From NCBI GenBank assembly GCA_965240325.2, contig OZ251222.1, positions 744,001 to 808,000 of the forward strand: a DNA stretch of 64,000 nt, written 5' to 3'. The position numbers were made by a program, and so were the translations under genes. The stretch comes from Rebecca billardiae RCC1528 (taxonomy: Eukaryota; Protista; Haptophyta). This document shows positions 1-10,846 of this stretch, one piece after another (position 1 is the first letter of the stretch; every line of letters begins with the position of its first letter). The notes beneath the pieces were generated by a model that did no database searches, was not told the origin of the DNA, and saw only the letters and a program-made list of their open reading frames with translations.

Positions 1-964
1 TGTACTCTGCGTTGGGCATCGGGATGCCTGTGATGTCCTCGACCCGCCGAGCGACCTCGATCATGACGCTCGCGTTGGCGCACGCGCCGTCGCACCACGC
101 GTTCTCGGACGTGCGCGTCGAGTCGAAGCTCGCCTTGAACCGGCCGTTCTCGGTCATGCCGCCGACGTTGCTCGAGCGCTCGTACTTGCTCGGCGGCATC
201 AGCGCGACAATCTCATCGCACTCGGCCTCGGTGAGGAAGTGGTCGAAGGTGACGACCCACGGGCTGGTGGAGTGCACGGCCACGGGCCCGTACTGCGCGT
301 CGTATTTGCCCGCCTGCACGGCCCGGAAGATCTCGCCCATCCGGTACGGGCGCAGGCGCTGCGGCTCCTTTGGATCGCGCTTGCACCGGACCTTTGGGTC
401 GCGGAGGTGGCACGTGCGGCACGAGTGCGCGCACTCGACGATCATGTAGCCCGGATTGCTCTCGCACTCGCCAGCGCGCGCCCAGGTCGCGCATGCGTCG
501 TTCAGGTCCTTGCAGCTCGTCTCCGGGCCCTCCTCGACGGGCCCGGCGCACGCGCTGCAGCTCTTTGGGCATGCGCCGCGCATGTACGCTGAATTCTTGG
601 CACACTCGCCGTGCTCGGCCCACGCGGCGCAATTCTCGCTCGTGTCGCGGCAGTCGGGGGAGTCGGCGTGTGTCACCGTTGGCTTTGCCGGCTCTGGGCG
701 CGTGGGTGCGGATGTTGGAACCGCCGCGCCCGCGTCAGCAGCCGCCTCGTGCACGTCCGAGCTCGGCGTCGGCTCCGTGACCGGCTCCGCTCTGCTGGCC
801 GTGCCCACAAGGCCCTGCAGCGCGGGACCGGAGGCGTATGCGGCGACCATGGCGGCCACAGCGAAGCCAACAGCAGCGAACGCCGTCGCGCTGGGGAACC
901 TCTCCTTCGCTCCGGCCGGTGGCTTCTGCTGCTTCTGACCGCGCGCGCGCGCTTGGCCAGCCAT
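1..964 (-). CDS. ShK-domain prolyl 4-hydroxylase alpha-like 2OG-Fe(II) oxygenase (3' end runs off the window)
   Basis: My translation from ATG 964: N-terminal TM anchor (FAAVGFAVAAMVAAYA), two ShKT motifs (CRDTSENCAAWAEHGECAKNSAYMRGACPKSC; CKDLNDACATWARAGECESNPGYMIVECAHSCRTC), then P4H motifs PWVVTFDHFLTEAECDEI...RTSENAWC...RVEDITGIPMPNAEY. Absent from the ORF track because there is no stop in the window. Confidence 0.9.
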   Translation of the reverse strand, partial: MAGQARARGQKQQKPPAGAKERFPSATAFAAVGFAVAAMVAAYASGPALQGLVGTASRAEPVTEPTPSSDVHEAAADAGAAVPTSAPTRPEPAKPTVTHADSPDCRDTSENCAAWAEHGECAKNSAYMRGACPKSCSACAGPVEEGPETSCKDLNDACATWARAGECESNPGYMIVECAHSCRTCHLRDPKVRCKRDPKEPQRLRPYRMGEIFRAVQAGKYDAQYGPVAVHSTSPWVVTFDHFLTEAECDEIVALMPPSKYERSSNVGGMTENGRFKASFDSTRTSENAWCDGACANASVMIEVARRVEDITGIPMPNAEY

Positions 965-1129
965 CGTGGCGTCCCGCGGTCCCAACCACTCCTCCGCTGA
1001 CCAACCCTCCGCAGGACAGGAAGCACTGCTGGAAATCCGGATGAGCAAACAAAATCGCCCCTGACCAGGTTCGCTGCATCAGCGGCCGAGCGGCGTGTCC
1101 TTGGTGTGGCGGTGGTCAGGCCGCCATCG

Positions 1130-1648
1130 ATGCAGCAGGATGACGACGGGGAGGAACGAGTGACAATCTGCGTCGTATGGAAGGGCATCGCCGGCGTTGA
1201 CGATGGCGCGAGCGATCTCTTTACGGTCTCGCCAACCCTGAACGCCGAGCAGATCGCTCTCCTCCCTCCGCCCGTCAGCGTGCGGTACGCGCAGTTCGAC
1301 CTGAGCAAGGGTGCGATTGGCGCCGTTTACGAGGGTGTGCCGCTCGATGGCGGGGTGAGGCTCGCAGAGCTGCTGCGCAAGCGCAATGCTGGGGACGTCA
1401 GAAACACGTCGTACCCCACCTTCGAGCTGAGCCCCCTCCTCTTACTCCGCGAGAAGTATGGCGACCACGTTGCGCAGCCTGCCTCCACACCCACAGCCTC
1501 GCCGGTGAAGACCCGGCACATGACTTCCGTCCAGCTGATTGAGCACTTGCGCGCGAACGGGGTCGAGCCACCGGACGGCCTCGGGACGCCGCGCAGCGTC
1601 CTCCGGCAGCTCGCGGCGGACCTCGAAGGGCCACGCTTTCACGAATGA
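1130..1648 (+). CDS. hypothetical protein (~172 aa)
   Basis: ATG at 1130, protein-like composition, divergent from the P4H gene across 165 bp; no recognisable domain. Confidence 0.55.
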   Translation: MQQDDDGEERVTICVVWKGIAGVDDGASDLFTVSPTLNAEQIALLPPPVSVRYAQFDLSKGAIGAVYEGVPLDGGVRLAELLRKRNAGDVRNTSYPTFELSPLLLLREKYGDHVAQPASTPTASPVKTRHMTSVQLIEHLRANGVEPPDGLGTPRSVLRQLAADLEGPRFHE

Positions 1649-2104
1649 CCTGGGCCGCGGGACGCCCCTGCTGAGGTGGAATAAAGAACGAATACCAGTG
1701 CTGTGCCTGCTGTGGATGGTGGCAAGCTTCAGTCAGGCAGTGGTGGCAGCATCAGTGCAAGGCGTGCTCGAGCGCTCTTGTCGGCATGCCCGTGGGTGCG
1801 CCTGTGCTTTGGCGATGCAGCCCGGTGATGGCGAGGCAGTCGTCCGCCCCGGCCGTGCCCGCTGCGGCCAAGCGGGCAAGTCCGAGGAGCCTAAACAGTT
1901 AAACACTCACTAACACTGACAGGCTGACAATTGACATTCCCCGCATACTATTTTTGTAAACACTGAACTACACTAATTAAGTCGTCTTACTACTACGACG
2001 ACTACTGACGACTTAAATATCGCGGACTTCTATGCTGTGTCTACTACTGGCATAATCGGCCTGGCGTCTGATACTCTGATTCAGTGATTGGCACTACTGT
2101 CAGT

Positions 2105-3822
2105 TAGGGGGGCCAAAGTGGCACTGTAGCGTTACTGACGGCCACGAGCGCGGGTCCTAGCGAGTGTTTAGAGCTGATTTCGGGCTGGATCATTTGCCCG
2201 CTGGAGGGGTCTGGTCCGGCCATGTAAAAAAATCAGGTGCACATACCCTGAATATAGGGCGTAACGGCTAACATATTTACTTATTAGAATGAGCCTGAAC
2301 TTATTGGAAACGGTATGTAACGGTCGTCCTATATGTGACATATAGACCATGTCGACCTCACTTTGATAGAGCATCTCAGCGAGATCGTTCTGAGTCCCCA
2401 GCAGCAGCAGGTCCCAACATGCGATATAGGCTGTGTACTGGCAGGCTGTCAAATATGTAGTTTCCTAGAAGCCACCGATATCGTTACATACCCACTGTGT
2501 ATATAGGCGCCATGCTGATGAATACAGCCTCGTCTGATCTCGAGCTGCGAGATACGTTTTCAGACTGTGTATACGGCCACGCGTACGGCGTATTGCAGAC
2601 ATAGTAGACCCAAAGCACCGGCCCCACGTCCTTAGCCCGGGAGTGCTCTCGGTCATAGTCAAGGTTTAAAGTGACTCGAGCCAACCGTCACCGCTCCCTG
2701 GCCGAGACCTACGAGGCAGGTCAAATCTGTCGTCGTCGCAGTGCGGCACAGTGCCGAGCATGCGATTCGGCAGCAAACGTCTGCTCCAAGCGGTGGCTGG
2801 CGTGTCTGCACCAAACCAGGCTGGATGGGATTGGTCCATATAGGTACGTACTACCCTGTTCCGCGCTATTTCTGGGCTTAGGGGCGGATATTCGGCCTAC
2901 AGAGGCTGATCCGGCGCTGTTCGGCGCTCCTGGCTGGCTGCGCGGAGCCCAACGGCAAGCGCCGGCGTGTGCAAGGTGTCAAGATTGAGACGGTCTCTGA
3001 CGCTCCCGCCGGTCTTGGGCGCACCAGGGTGCATGAGGGCCCATCTGCATCTGCTTCTGCAGGCATGAGCGTCACAGGGGCGCGCTTGCAGGCACGGTCG
3101 AGTGCACGTCGGACCTGTCGAATGAGCCAACCGCTGCCTGCGAGCACGTCCGCGACGTCCTGAGAGGCGAATGGGAGGCGCCCAGACGCCATCAGAGGGC
3201 ACACGTGACCCATACCCAACGTACTGACCATCGCAAGTGCCACGGCAGGTGCAAACACGGGCCCTACAAGCGGAACATGACAGTTGCGAGCTCCGCGGAG
3301 GTGTTGCGCGCGAGCTCGCGCCGGTCTGCTGACGGCGATTCCGGCGCAGCAGGGCAGGTTAGGCGAGCTGGGCATCCACATACATACATGGGCACTTGGT
3401 GCGAGCATCGATCTCAACTGTGCGAGTTGATCATGAGCCACACCGTGCGGTAGCGTGACGCGCGCACGCAGCGCGCCAATTCAAGCCGGCCGACGCGCGC
3501 CGCGCACGGCGCGAGATGGCCAAGAAGCGGGTGGTGAGCCGCTGGTGGCGCAAAGGCACGGGTCAGTAGCGCCCACCAGCGTCACGCGCGCGCGCACCCG
3601 AGACCATCTCGGCGTCTCAAAGGTCGCGAGCGCGCGGCGGTCCACTGCCTCCGGCCGCTCGCGCTGGAGCGGAACCGAGCTCTGAGCGTCCGAAGGCGTG
3701 AAGCTCGATTTTCGAGCGGGGTCCGAGAAAAAGGCTCCGCGCCACCCTAAAAGGCCGAGGGCGGAGCGAAAATGCGACGCGACTTTGCTTTTCATTTTTA
3801 AATGGGCGGTTTGGCCCCCCTA
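2105..3822. mobile_element. non-autonomous TIR DNA transposon (hAT-like TAGGG ends)
   Basis: Perfect 13-bp inverted termini TAGGGGGGCCAAA (2105-2117 / 3810-3822) flanked by direct TGTCAGT (2098-2104 / 3823-3829); no transposase ORF recognised inside. Confidence 0.65.
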
Positions 3823-4189
3823 TGTCAGTACTGATTGATCAGTCATCAGACCTCGGAAGTCCTAGTCCTTCACTCCTACAGGCTACACCTCGTCTGGTCC
3901 GCGTCCGTTTACCGTTCGTTAGTACTGTCAGAGTCCGGCCGCCAGTCAGATTATCCGACAATATAGCAGATATATACTGATTACTGTATATCTAGTTAGC
4001 TTACTACTCAGTTATTATAATTTATAATATATAGTCGTTTATACTCGCGGGAGACGGGCGGCGTCACGGATATTTCTGCCTCACTGCTATCGGCAATAAC
4101 ATTGCATGGTGCGCGCCGCCTTTCCCGCCGCCAACAAGTGAGTGAACAACACGCGCCTTGGAACAACTTGGCGTGATTGACTGACGTAA

Positions 4190-5938
4190 TTATAGCAGCA
4201 TGTCGAGGTGCAGCCTGCGGCGCACGAGGCGCGCAAGCCACCCCAGGCGCCGGCTCTGCGACTCCGACTCGGTCGAAGCCGAAGGCTGAGCGCTGCTCGC
4301 AGGCGCCAGCACCGACTCGTCTCCTGCGCTAGGAGGGTCGTGTGAGGCTCTGAGCCCGACCGTGTCGTCATCGTCAGCGTCGCGGGTGGCGGGCGTGCGC
4401 GTCACTGCAAAGCCAGCGTCGTCCTCGTCCTCGTCACCGGCGGGCGCGGTGAGGGGCACGTGCTCGAGCGGATCCTCCGCATCCGCAGATGGCGATGCGG
4501 CTGTGAGCATCTCGATGTCCACGTCCGCGATCGGCGCGGCGTACGTGTACGTCATGGCCATGGTCACCGGCGGCGATGGGCAGCGCGCGATGGCGCGGTC
4601 GCCGTCTGCTACAGAGGCCGCAGCGGCGGAATCGCGCGAGCCAGCCTCGCGCGAAGCGTCGCCGGCGGCGAAGGAGAGGTAGCACAGCCCGCCGCTCAGC
4701 GCGACGAGCGCGCACGCGTACCCCGAGAGCAGCGCCCCGGCGTCGTCCACGACGAGGAACGCCACCGCCGTCGCCAGCCCGCTCTGCAGCTTGAGGTTGG
4801 CGAAGGCCACCGCCGGCTGGTCATGGAACGCGTCTGCAAAGACGGCCATCGTCGTGCCCTGCCACACGGCGTTGCCGTAGCCGTACGCGAGGAAGAGCAG
4901 GACGATGGCGGGGAGCAGCGGCGCCGAGGACTCGCCGTCCGCGACGCGGGCGCCCGACAGGTGCGCGCAGAGCATCCCGCTGCATGCGAAGGCGAGCGCG
5001 CCTGAGGCCACAGCGCGCGCACGCGCGCGCGTCGTGGAGCTGCGCGCGTGCAGCGCGGCCGCGAGCGCAGAGACCAGGCCGCTCAGCGCGAAGAGCCAGC
5101 CCACGTGCTCCGCGCCGAGGATCCGCGTGACGAGGATCGTGCCGTGGTAAGGCACGTTGCTCGCCGTGAGCCCGAAGGCCACGTTGCTCGGCGCGAGGAG
5201 CAGCATGCGGTGCCGGCCGTTTTGCCGCACGACGGCAGAGACGTGGCGGATGAGCCGCCGCGAGACGTCGGCGACCTGGCGGCCGACGGCCTCGGCGGGC
5301 GGGCCCGGCAGGGCGCCCTCAACATCGCGCACGCAGAAGTACATCCCGAACGCGCTCAGCGCGCCGGCACTCGCGTACATGCCGTACAGCGCGCGCGCGC
5401 CGTTCTCATCGCTCTCGACGGCCATCAGGATCGCCGTCGCGAGCAGCTTGCCCGCGGTGAGGATCGAGGGGAGGATGGTGGCGAAGATGGCGGCCAGGCG
5501 CGACGTCGAGACGGAGAGCTCCCCCGTCGGCGAGAACGTCGCGTGCACGCGCGCGAGCTGCGAGAAGAAGGCGCCCTCCGACGTCCAGAGGAGCGCGCCG
5601 CCCAGCCCGGTCACGATTGCGCATGCCATGTGCAGTTGCACGAGCGGCAGGAGATGCACGGCCGCGTACGCGCTCACCGTCGCCAGGCCGGCAGTCAGAC
5701 CGCGCTTCGCAGATCCCAGCACCTCAAGCAGCGTCGGCGCGAGGAGCGCGCCGGCAGCGAACGCAAAGTAGAGAAGGCCATTCGCGGTCGCCGAGGCGTG
5801 CACATCCGTGCTGATGGCCTGGCCAATCACGATGACGGCGACCAGGCACGCCTCGCCCGTGGAGAAACAGAGCGCCATCACGACCATGCTGCGCTCCGCA
5901 CGCCGAAGCCCCCATCCCCCCAGTGTGTCCGCACTCAT
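4190..5938 (-). CDS. UNC-93-like MFS membrane protein
   Basis: About 11-12 hydrophobic segments; UNC-93-type motifs NGLLYFAFAAGALLAP and GLGGALLWTSEGAFF; first in-frame ATG at 5938. Confidence 0.8.
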   Translation of the reverse strand: MSADTLGGWGLRRAERSMVVMALCFSTGEACLVAVIVIGQAISTDVHASATANGLLYFAFAAGALLAPTLLEVLGSAKRGLTAGLATVSAYAAVHLLPLVQLHMACAIVTGLGGALLWTSEGAFFSQLARVHATFSPTGELSVSTSRLAAIFATILPSILTAGKLLATAILMAVESDENGARALYGMYASAGALSAFGMYFCVRDVEGALPGPPAEAVGRQVADVSRRLIRHVSAVVRQNGRHRMLLLAPSNVAFGLTASNVPYHGTILVTRILGAEHVGWLFALSGLVSALAAALHARSSTTRARARAVASGALAFACSGMLCAHLSGARVADGESSAPLLPAIVLLFLAYGYGNAVWQGTTMAVFADAFHDQPAVAFANLKLQSGLATAVAFLVVDDAGALLSGYACALVALSGGLCYLSFAAGDASREAGSRDSAAAASVADGDRAIARCPSPPVTMAMTYTYAAPIADVDIEMLTAASPSADAEDPLEHVPLTAPAGDEDEDDAGFAVTRTPATRDADDDDTVGLRASHDPPSAGDESVLAPASSAQPSASTESESQSRRLGWLARLVRRRLHLDMLL

Positions 5939-6162
5939 CGCCGCCCCGCCCACAGGGACGGGGAGCGCCCCGCCGGGCCTCTCGATTGGCGCAAAGGCCG
6001 GCGACGACGAGCGCAGCAAAAGTGAGTACAAGTACAGTTTTCTATGATTTTAAAACGTGCACCAGTAGCTTTTCGTCCACCAATCGCCGCAAAGCGCGAG
6101 GAGATTTGGCATTTGCTCGGTCATGCATCGAAAGAAAGTCGATCGAATAAAGTCCTCTCACG

Positions 6163-6594
6163 ATGGCGGACTCGCTCGAACACTGGCTGCGCATTGGCCA
6201 ATGTGTGCTCTTGGCGCCAGCGGCGCTCTTCTTCGCGACCAACGCCATCCACGGTCGCGCGCGTGGATCGCTGCGGCGCTTCGGCTATCCACTCTACATG
6301 GCCAAATACGTTGCGGCGACGCAGGGTACGATCATTCTGCTGAACACGGTCCGCAACGGCAAGTACGCGATGGTCGCGCAGTATGAGCTGATGGTGGTGA
6401 TGGGTGGGGCAGTTCACGCGCACGTCAAGGGCGAGCGCCGCACATTGGCCGCTGCGCCCGCTGTTGCCGTGCTGTGTTCGGCCGTCGCGTGCCTGATACT
6501 TCGGGGCGCATCACCTCCCTTCACGATTGCCATTGCCGCCCTCCTCGCCTTTGCGGGATGGTCTGTGGCTAATGCGGTCCAGGTGAAGAAGTAG
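6163..6594 (+). CDS. DoxX-like small membrane protein
   Basis: 143 aa, several TM segments, RFGYP and MGGAVHAH motifs typical of DoxX-like families. Confidence 0.65.
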   Translation: MADSLEHWLRIGQCVLLAPAALFFATNAIHGRARGSLRRFGYPLYMAKYVAATQGTIILLNTVRNGKYAMVAQYELMVVMGGAVHAHVKGERRTLAAAPAVAVLCSAVACLILRGASPPFTIAIAALLAFAGWSVANAVQVKK

Positions 6595-6771
6595 GGGGCC
6601 CCGCCGCTGAGGTCCCAAGAATATAGACGACGCAGTACTGCGGATGATAGTCGTATAGTAGACGACGGGTTTGGGACTCCGCGATGACAGCGGGGCCCCT
6701 GGATGGCAAACGGGCCTGCGCCAACGGCCTGATGGCACACCGCCGGCTTACACTAGTTGATTACTAGTTGC

Positions 6772-6885
6772 CGATTGGCGCGGACTTTGTTAGTGCCGTG
6801 ACTTATAGAGTAGCGGCGTGGACAGCGGCGATTGGCGCGGACTTAGTTAGTGCCGTGACTGATAGAGTAGCGGCGTGGACAGCGG
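6772..6885. repeat. two-copy 57-bp tandem repeat
   Basis: CGATTGGCGCGGACTT(T/A)GTTAGTGCCGTGACT(T/G)ATAGAGTAGCGGCGTGGACAGCGG at 6772 and 6829, two mismatches. Confidence 0.9.
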
Positions 6886-7423
6886 CCATCCGGCCGCGGG
6901 CCCGCAGCGCGGATCGGCGGCCCTGCGCCAACGGTGCGGCACGCTTTCGGTCCGAAAGGTCCAACGACGACGCCTGGCACGACAGGCTGCCGCACTCGGC
7001 CTCAACCCGTGGCACCGCCCGGGGCTCCGCAGTCATCTCGCGGGCCGATCAAGCGCCCGATCATATTGCGGCTATTTCGGCGACGCCAGTCTCGGCGCGG
7101 CGGTGACGGTGCCACGGCACAGTGCTGAGACAGCCCGGGCACTTGCACCGTTGATGGCAGCTTATGATCGTGCTCGGATTCGAGTCATATTAAAGCTTGC
7201 TGCTCGCTGAGTCGCAGTCCGGCGCCTGAGAGTCTCACTGAGTGAGAGTCGGAGGCTGATTCCAGCGGCAGACTCCGACGACTGTTACGTACGACGACTG
7301 TTACTGTACCGCAGCCTGCCGGCAATCGGCAATCGCCCGTCACTGAAATCTGAATCGGAGCGGCTGAGCCACTAGTGACACCATGCCGCTTCGACCATGA
7401 ATGTACGACGCTCGTAGCTGAGA

Positions 7424-9130
7424 TCAGGCGCCCACCACAAAAACTCGTTCGGTGCTCCTCACGTTGCTCATGCACACGGGGCAACGAACGGTCCCGGCAC
7501 GCCGCAAGCGCTCCGCGCACTGGCTGCACGTGGCGACGTGATTGCAGGGCCGGAGGAGCACCTCGGGTGCGCGGTCCAGGCACACCGAGCAGAGCGCTGC
7601 GACGGCACCCGATGGAGGCAACGCGGGCGCGCCCTCTGTGCCCGCCCGTTGCTGCCCTGCAGGCTCGGCCGGCGCGAGCCGTGCTGCGTCTCGCCGCGTG
7701 GCCGCAGCCCTCTCCTCGGTGTGCCACAGGGCCTGCAGCTCGGTGCGCAGCTAACTGAGCAGCCGCTTGCGAGCGCGCGCGTGCGTGTCCAGGGCGTCAG
7801 CCTGCTCGCCCAGAGCGGCGCGCAGCGCCGAGGCGGCCCGTCGCGCCTTCTTCGACGCCCGGTCCACGCGCTCGGGCGTGGCGCTCGGGCTGTCCCGCAG
7901 CGCGCGCGCCTCCGAGTCGGCGCGCGCCTGCGCTTCGCGCGCCCCGCGAGCGTACTCGTCCGCCTTGCGCAGCTCGGCGCGCTCCTCCGCCTCCCGCGCA
8001 GAGAGCCGGTCCTGCATGTCGACGAGGGCGCGCACGAGGCGCGTGTCGCCGAGCTCCGGGCGCGCGGCGGCGAAGCCGAGCGCCTCGCCGTGGAGCAGCG
8101 CCTCGACCCGGCCCGAGCGGCTCGCAGAGCGCACGTCGCGCGCGAGCAGCTCGCACAGCGAGAGCGCCGTTCGGCCAGACGCGTCCGGTGCTGCGCCCAA
8201 CCTCGCGTGCGCTGCCGCGGCAAGGACCCCGGGGCCGACGGCGGAGAGGGCGCTCTCGAGGCCCAACGGCTCGTCCTGCTCCCCGCCCGCGGCCGCGGCG
8301 GCCTGCGCCTCGACGATAGACGCCACCGACTCCGCCGCCAGCAGGCCGGCGTCAAGCAGCGCGGCCACACCGCCACGACCGCCCGCGGCGTGCGCGAGCG
8401 CTGGCACGGCGCGCGCGGTGCTGGCGGCCTCGCGCACGCGCGAGCGCGCCGCGTCGTGCACGCGCGGGCGTGCGAGTAGAGGCGTGTTCGCGTGGCGAGC
8501 GAGCTCGCTCAGGCGTGCGTCGCAGGCCTTCGCCTCTGCGAGCGACTCCACCGCCAGCTGCAGCCCAAGTGCTGATCCGGCGCGCAGCACTGCGCTCCAC
8601 CCGCGGACGTCGCTCAGCGCGCAGAGGTCGGGCAGACCGAGGGGGGGGCGAAGGCCGCCGTCGAGCTGCGCTTTGAGCAGCTGCGCCAGCGCGCGGGCGG
8701 CCCCGGGCGCGAAGTCGAGGATGGCCTCCAGCCCGCCGCCGCGCGCCTGCCCGCACGCGAGAAGAAGTGCTGCCGCGCCGTGCGCAGTGGCCGTCGTCCT
8801 GAGGTCTGAGAGCAGCACGTCCTCGCGCTTAAACAGGAGGGCTGGAGGGTGTCCGATGAGCACCGCGCGCGGGTCTTGCCTGAACGCCTCGCGCAGCGCG
8901 GCGATCTCGGCCGGTGAGTCGTAGTCGGTCGCGGCGAGGCGCGCACTTGCATACAAGGCGAGCGCAGCGGGCACAGACATGGCCGTGATGGCGCGCAGGT
9001 CCAGCGCCAGGCAGCGCTGACGCATGATGAAGACGCCGATCCCAGCGGCGAGGGTGCTCGAGCAGAGCGTGAGCCATTGCGTAGCGCGCCGCCAGCGCGC
9101 GCGGCGCTCGGCGGCAGCGTCGGACTCCAT
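7424..9130 (-). CDS. membrane-anchored coiled-coil protein with C-terminal C3HC4 RING finger, interrupted by an in-frame TAG at 7753-7751
   Basis: ATG 9130; two N-terminal TM segments and a coiled coil; the frame continues past the TAG (RKRLLS*LRTELQALWH) into CSVCLDRAPEVLLRPCNHVATCSQC...CPVC. Confidence 0.7.
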
Positions 9131-9609
9131 CGTCGCCCGGCGCAGTCGCGCGCCGGGCGGACGTGATGACTGATGGCGACAACGGCAAGAGCGATACTGT
9201 GTCAGTACTGCGGTAAGCATTAAGCAAGTGTCACAGTCGACTGACTCACAATGCCGTGCAAACAAACCGCGCCGTCGCGCGTGACTCACACTGGACTCAG
9301 AGTCGTGGCCATCTGACCCACAGCCATCCGCCGCGAGGCGCCGCGGCCTGATGCCGCGCCGCCGCGGCCGTCGTACCGACGCCTGCACGCGGTGCAAGCC
9401 GCTTTGAGCCTTAGTAGTACTACTAGGCCCGCAAGCCCGAAGCCGGCCAAGGCCAAACGGAATTCGGAACTACGGTAGGCAAAGCGCGCGCGCGGTCGGG
9501 CGGAGGCGCAGCGCCCACACGCTACGGCAGCAGGCAGCGCCGTACGACCGCCAGTCGCCATGATCAGCCGGGCTGAGCCCCTCCTCTTGACCCCAGTCGG
9601 CGCGCGCGA

Positions 9610-10626
9610 TCAGACGTAGGCCGTCGGCGTCAGCCCCGAGGTGCCCAGCTCGAGCAGCTTGGCGAACGTGGCCGAGAAGTCGGCGCGGAACTTTGCGCTG
9701 TCCTTGGCGTACACCTCGACGTACTTCTTGAACTTGGGGTCCTCGATCAGGACGAGGTCACTCGGCAGCATCATCAGCTTGCCGGACGGATCCTCGTACT
9801 GGAACGGGCCGTCCCACTTCTTCGGCGTCCACTTCAGGTTGAGCAGCAGCGCGTAGTACGAGTTGGTGAGCAGCGTGGGCGTCGGCGTCCACGGCCCGTC
9901 GTACCCGCTCGCGTCCGGGTGGCACCTGCCGAGGGCGTGCGCGCCGGAGAGCACGACGATCTCCTCGTCGTTGAAGCCCATCCGGCCGAAGACCTCACGC
10001 AGCCCCGCCGCGGTCGCCTTGGGCGAGCCCTTGTCCGCCGCCGGCAGCCGACCGTCAGGCGTCACCTTGGACTCGTCGCCGTCTGAGCGGCCGGAGGACC
10101 ACGGCACCGTCGGCCCGTTCATCTCCTTGACGGCGACGACGCCGGCGAGGGTGAAGAGGTCGGCGTACGAGATGGCCTTGTACTTCTTCTTCACCGGCGC
10201 CAGCCAGTCGACCGCCTTCGCGAGCCCCGCGTTCGCGCCGTGCGCCAGCTCCTCCTTGAAGCGGATGGATCCGGGCCCTGAGCCGCCGTCCTTCTGCGCC
10301 TTGTCGTACGTGCCCGACGAGTGCCACGCGAGGCGGACGAGGGTGGGGCCCTTGTCTGGATCGCTACGCACGATCTTTGCAATGTCTGCCGCCGCCGCCC
10401 GGTAGTCGACGCCATCGGCAAGGGCCGGTGGGCTCACGCCGAGACCGGACACGAGAGCGAGCGCGCAAGCCGACGAGAGCGCGTGCCGGCGGCCAATCAT
10501 CGACGAGACGGCGTCAGCCTGCGGTGTGCCCGGCATGACTGGGCGTGCGACGGGCTGCACACGCGTCAGCTTCGTCGCGCTGGGCCCCATCAGGGCCACC
10601 GCCGCGCATGTGAGCGTCGCAAGCAT
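9610..10626 (-). CDS. class I heme peroxidase (ascorbate/cytochrome c peroxidase family) with plastid-type presequence
   Basis: [11 protein letters not shown] distal motif, [19 protein letters not shown] proximal His, GPWT, MMLPSD. Confidence 0.95.
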   Translation of the reverse strand: MLATLTCAAVALMGPSATKLTRVQPVARPVMPGTPQADAVSSMIGRRHALSSACALALVSGLGVSPPALADGVDYRAAAADIAKIVRSDPDKGPTLVRLAWHSSGTYDKAQKDGGSGPGSIRFKEELAHGANAGLAKAVDWLAPVKKKYKAISYADLFTLAGVVAVKEMNGPTVPWSSGRSDGDESKVTPDGRLPAADKGSPKATAAGLREVFGRMGFNDEEIVVLSGAHALGRCHPDASGYDGPWTPTPTLLTNSYYALLLNLKWTPKKWDGPFQYEDPSGKLMMLPSDLVLIEDPKFKKYVEVYAKDSAKFRADFSATFAKLLELGTSGLTPTAYV

Positions 10627-10846
10627 GATCGTGACGAGAGATGACGGGGCGGCGGCGCACGCGTCGGCGGCGGTCGAAGTCGGCCGGCGATCGCGCCGAA
10701 AGCGTTGCCGGGCCCAAATGATGGACCACGGAAGGACGCGCGGATTGGCTGTCGATTACGCATCCCGGCCGGGACAATCAGCAGCTCAAATCACCGGATC
10801 CTTACAACGACCGACCCCATCGTGAGCAAAAATTGAATTTCGCACG

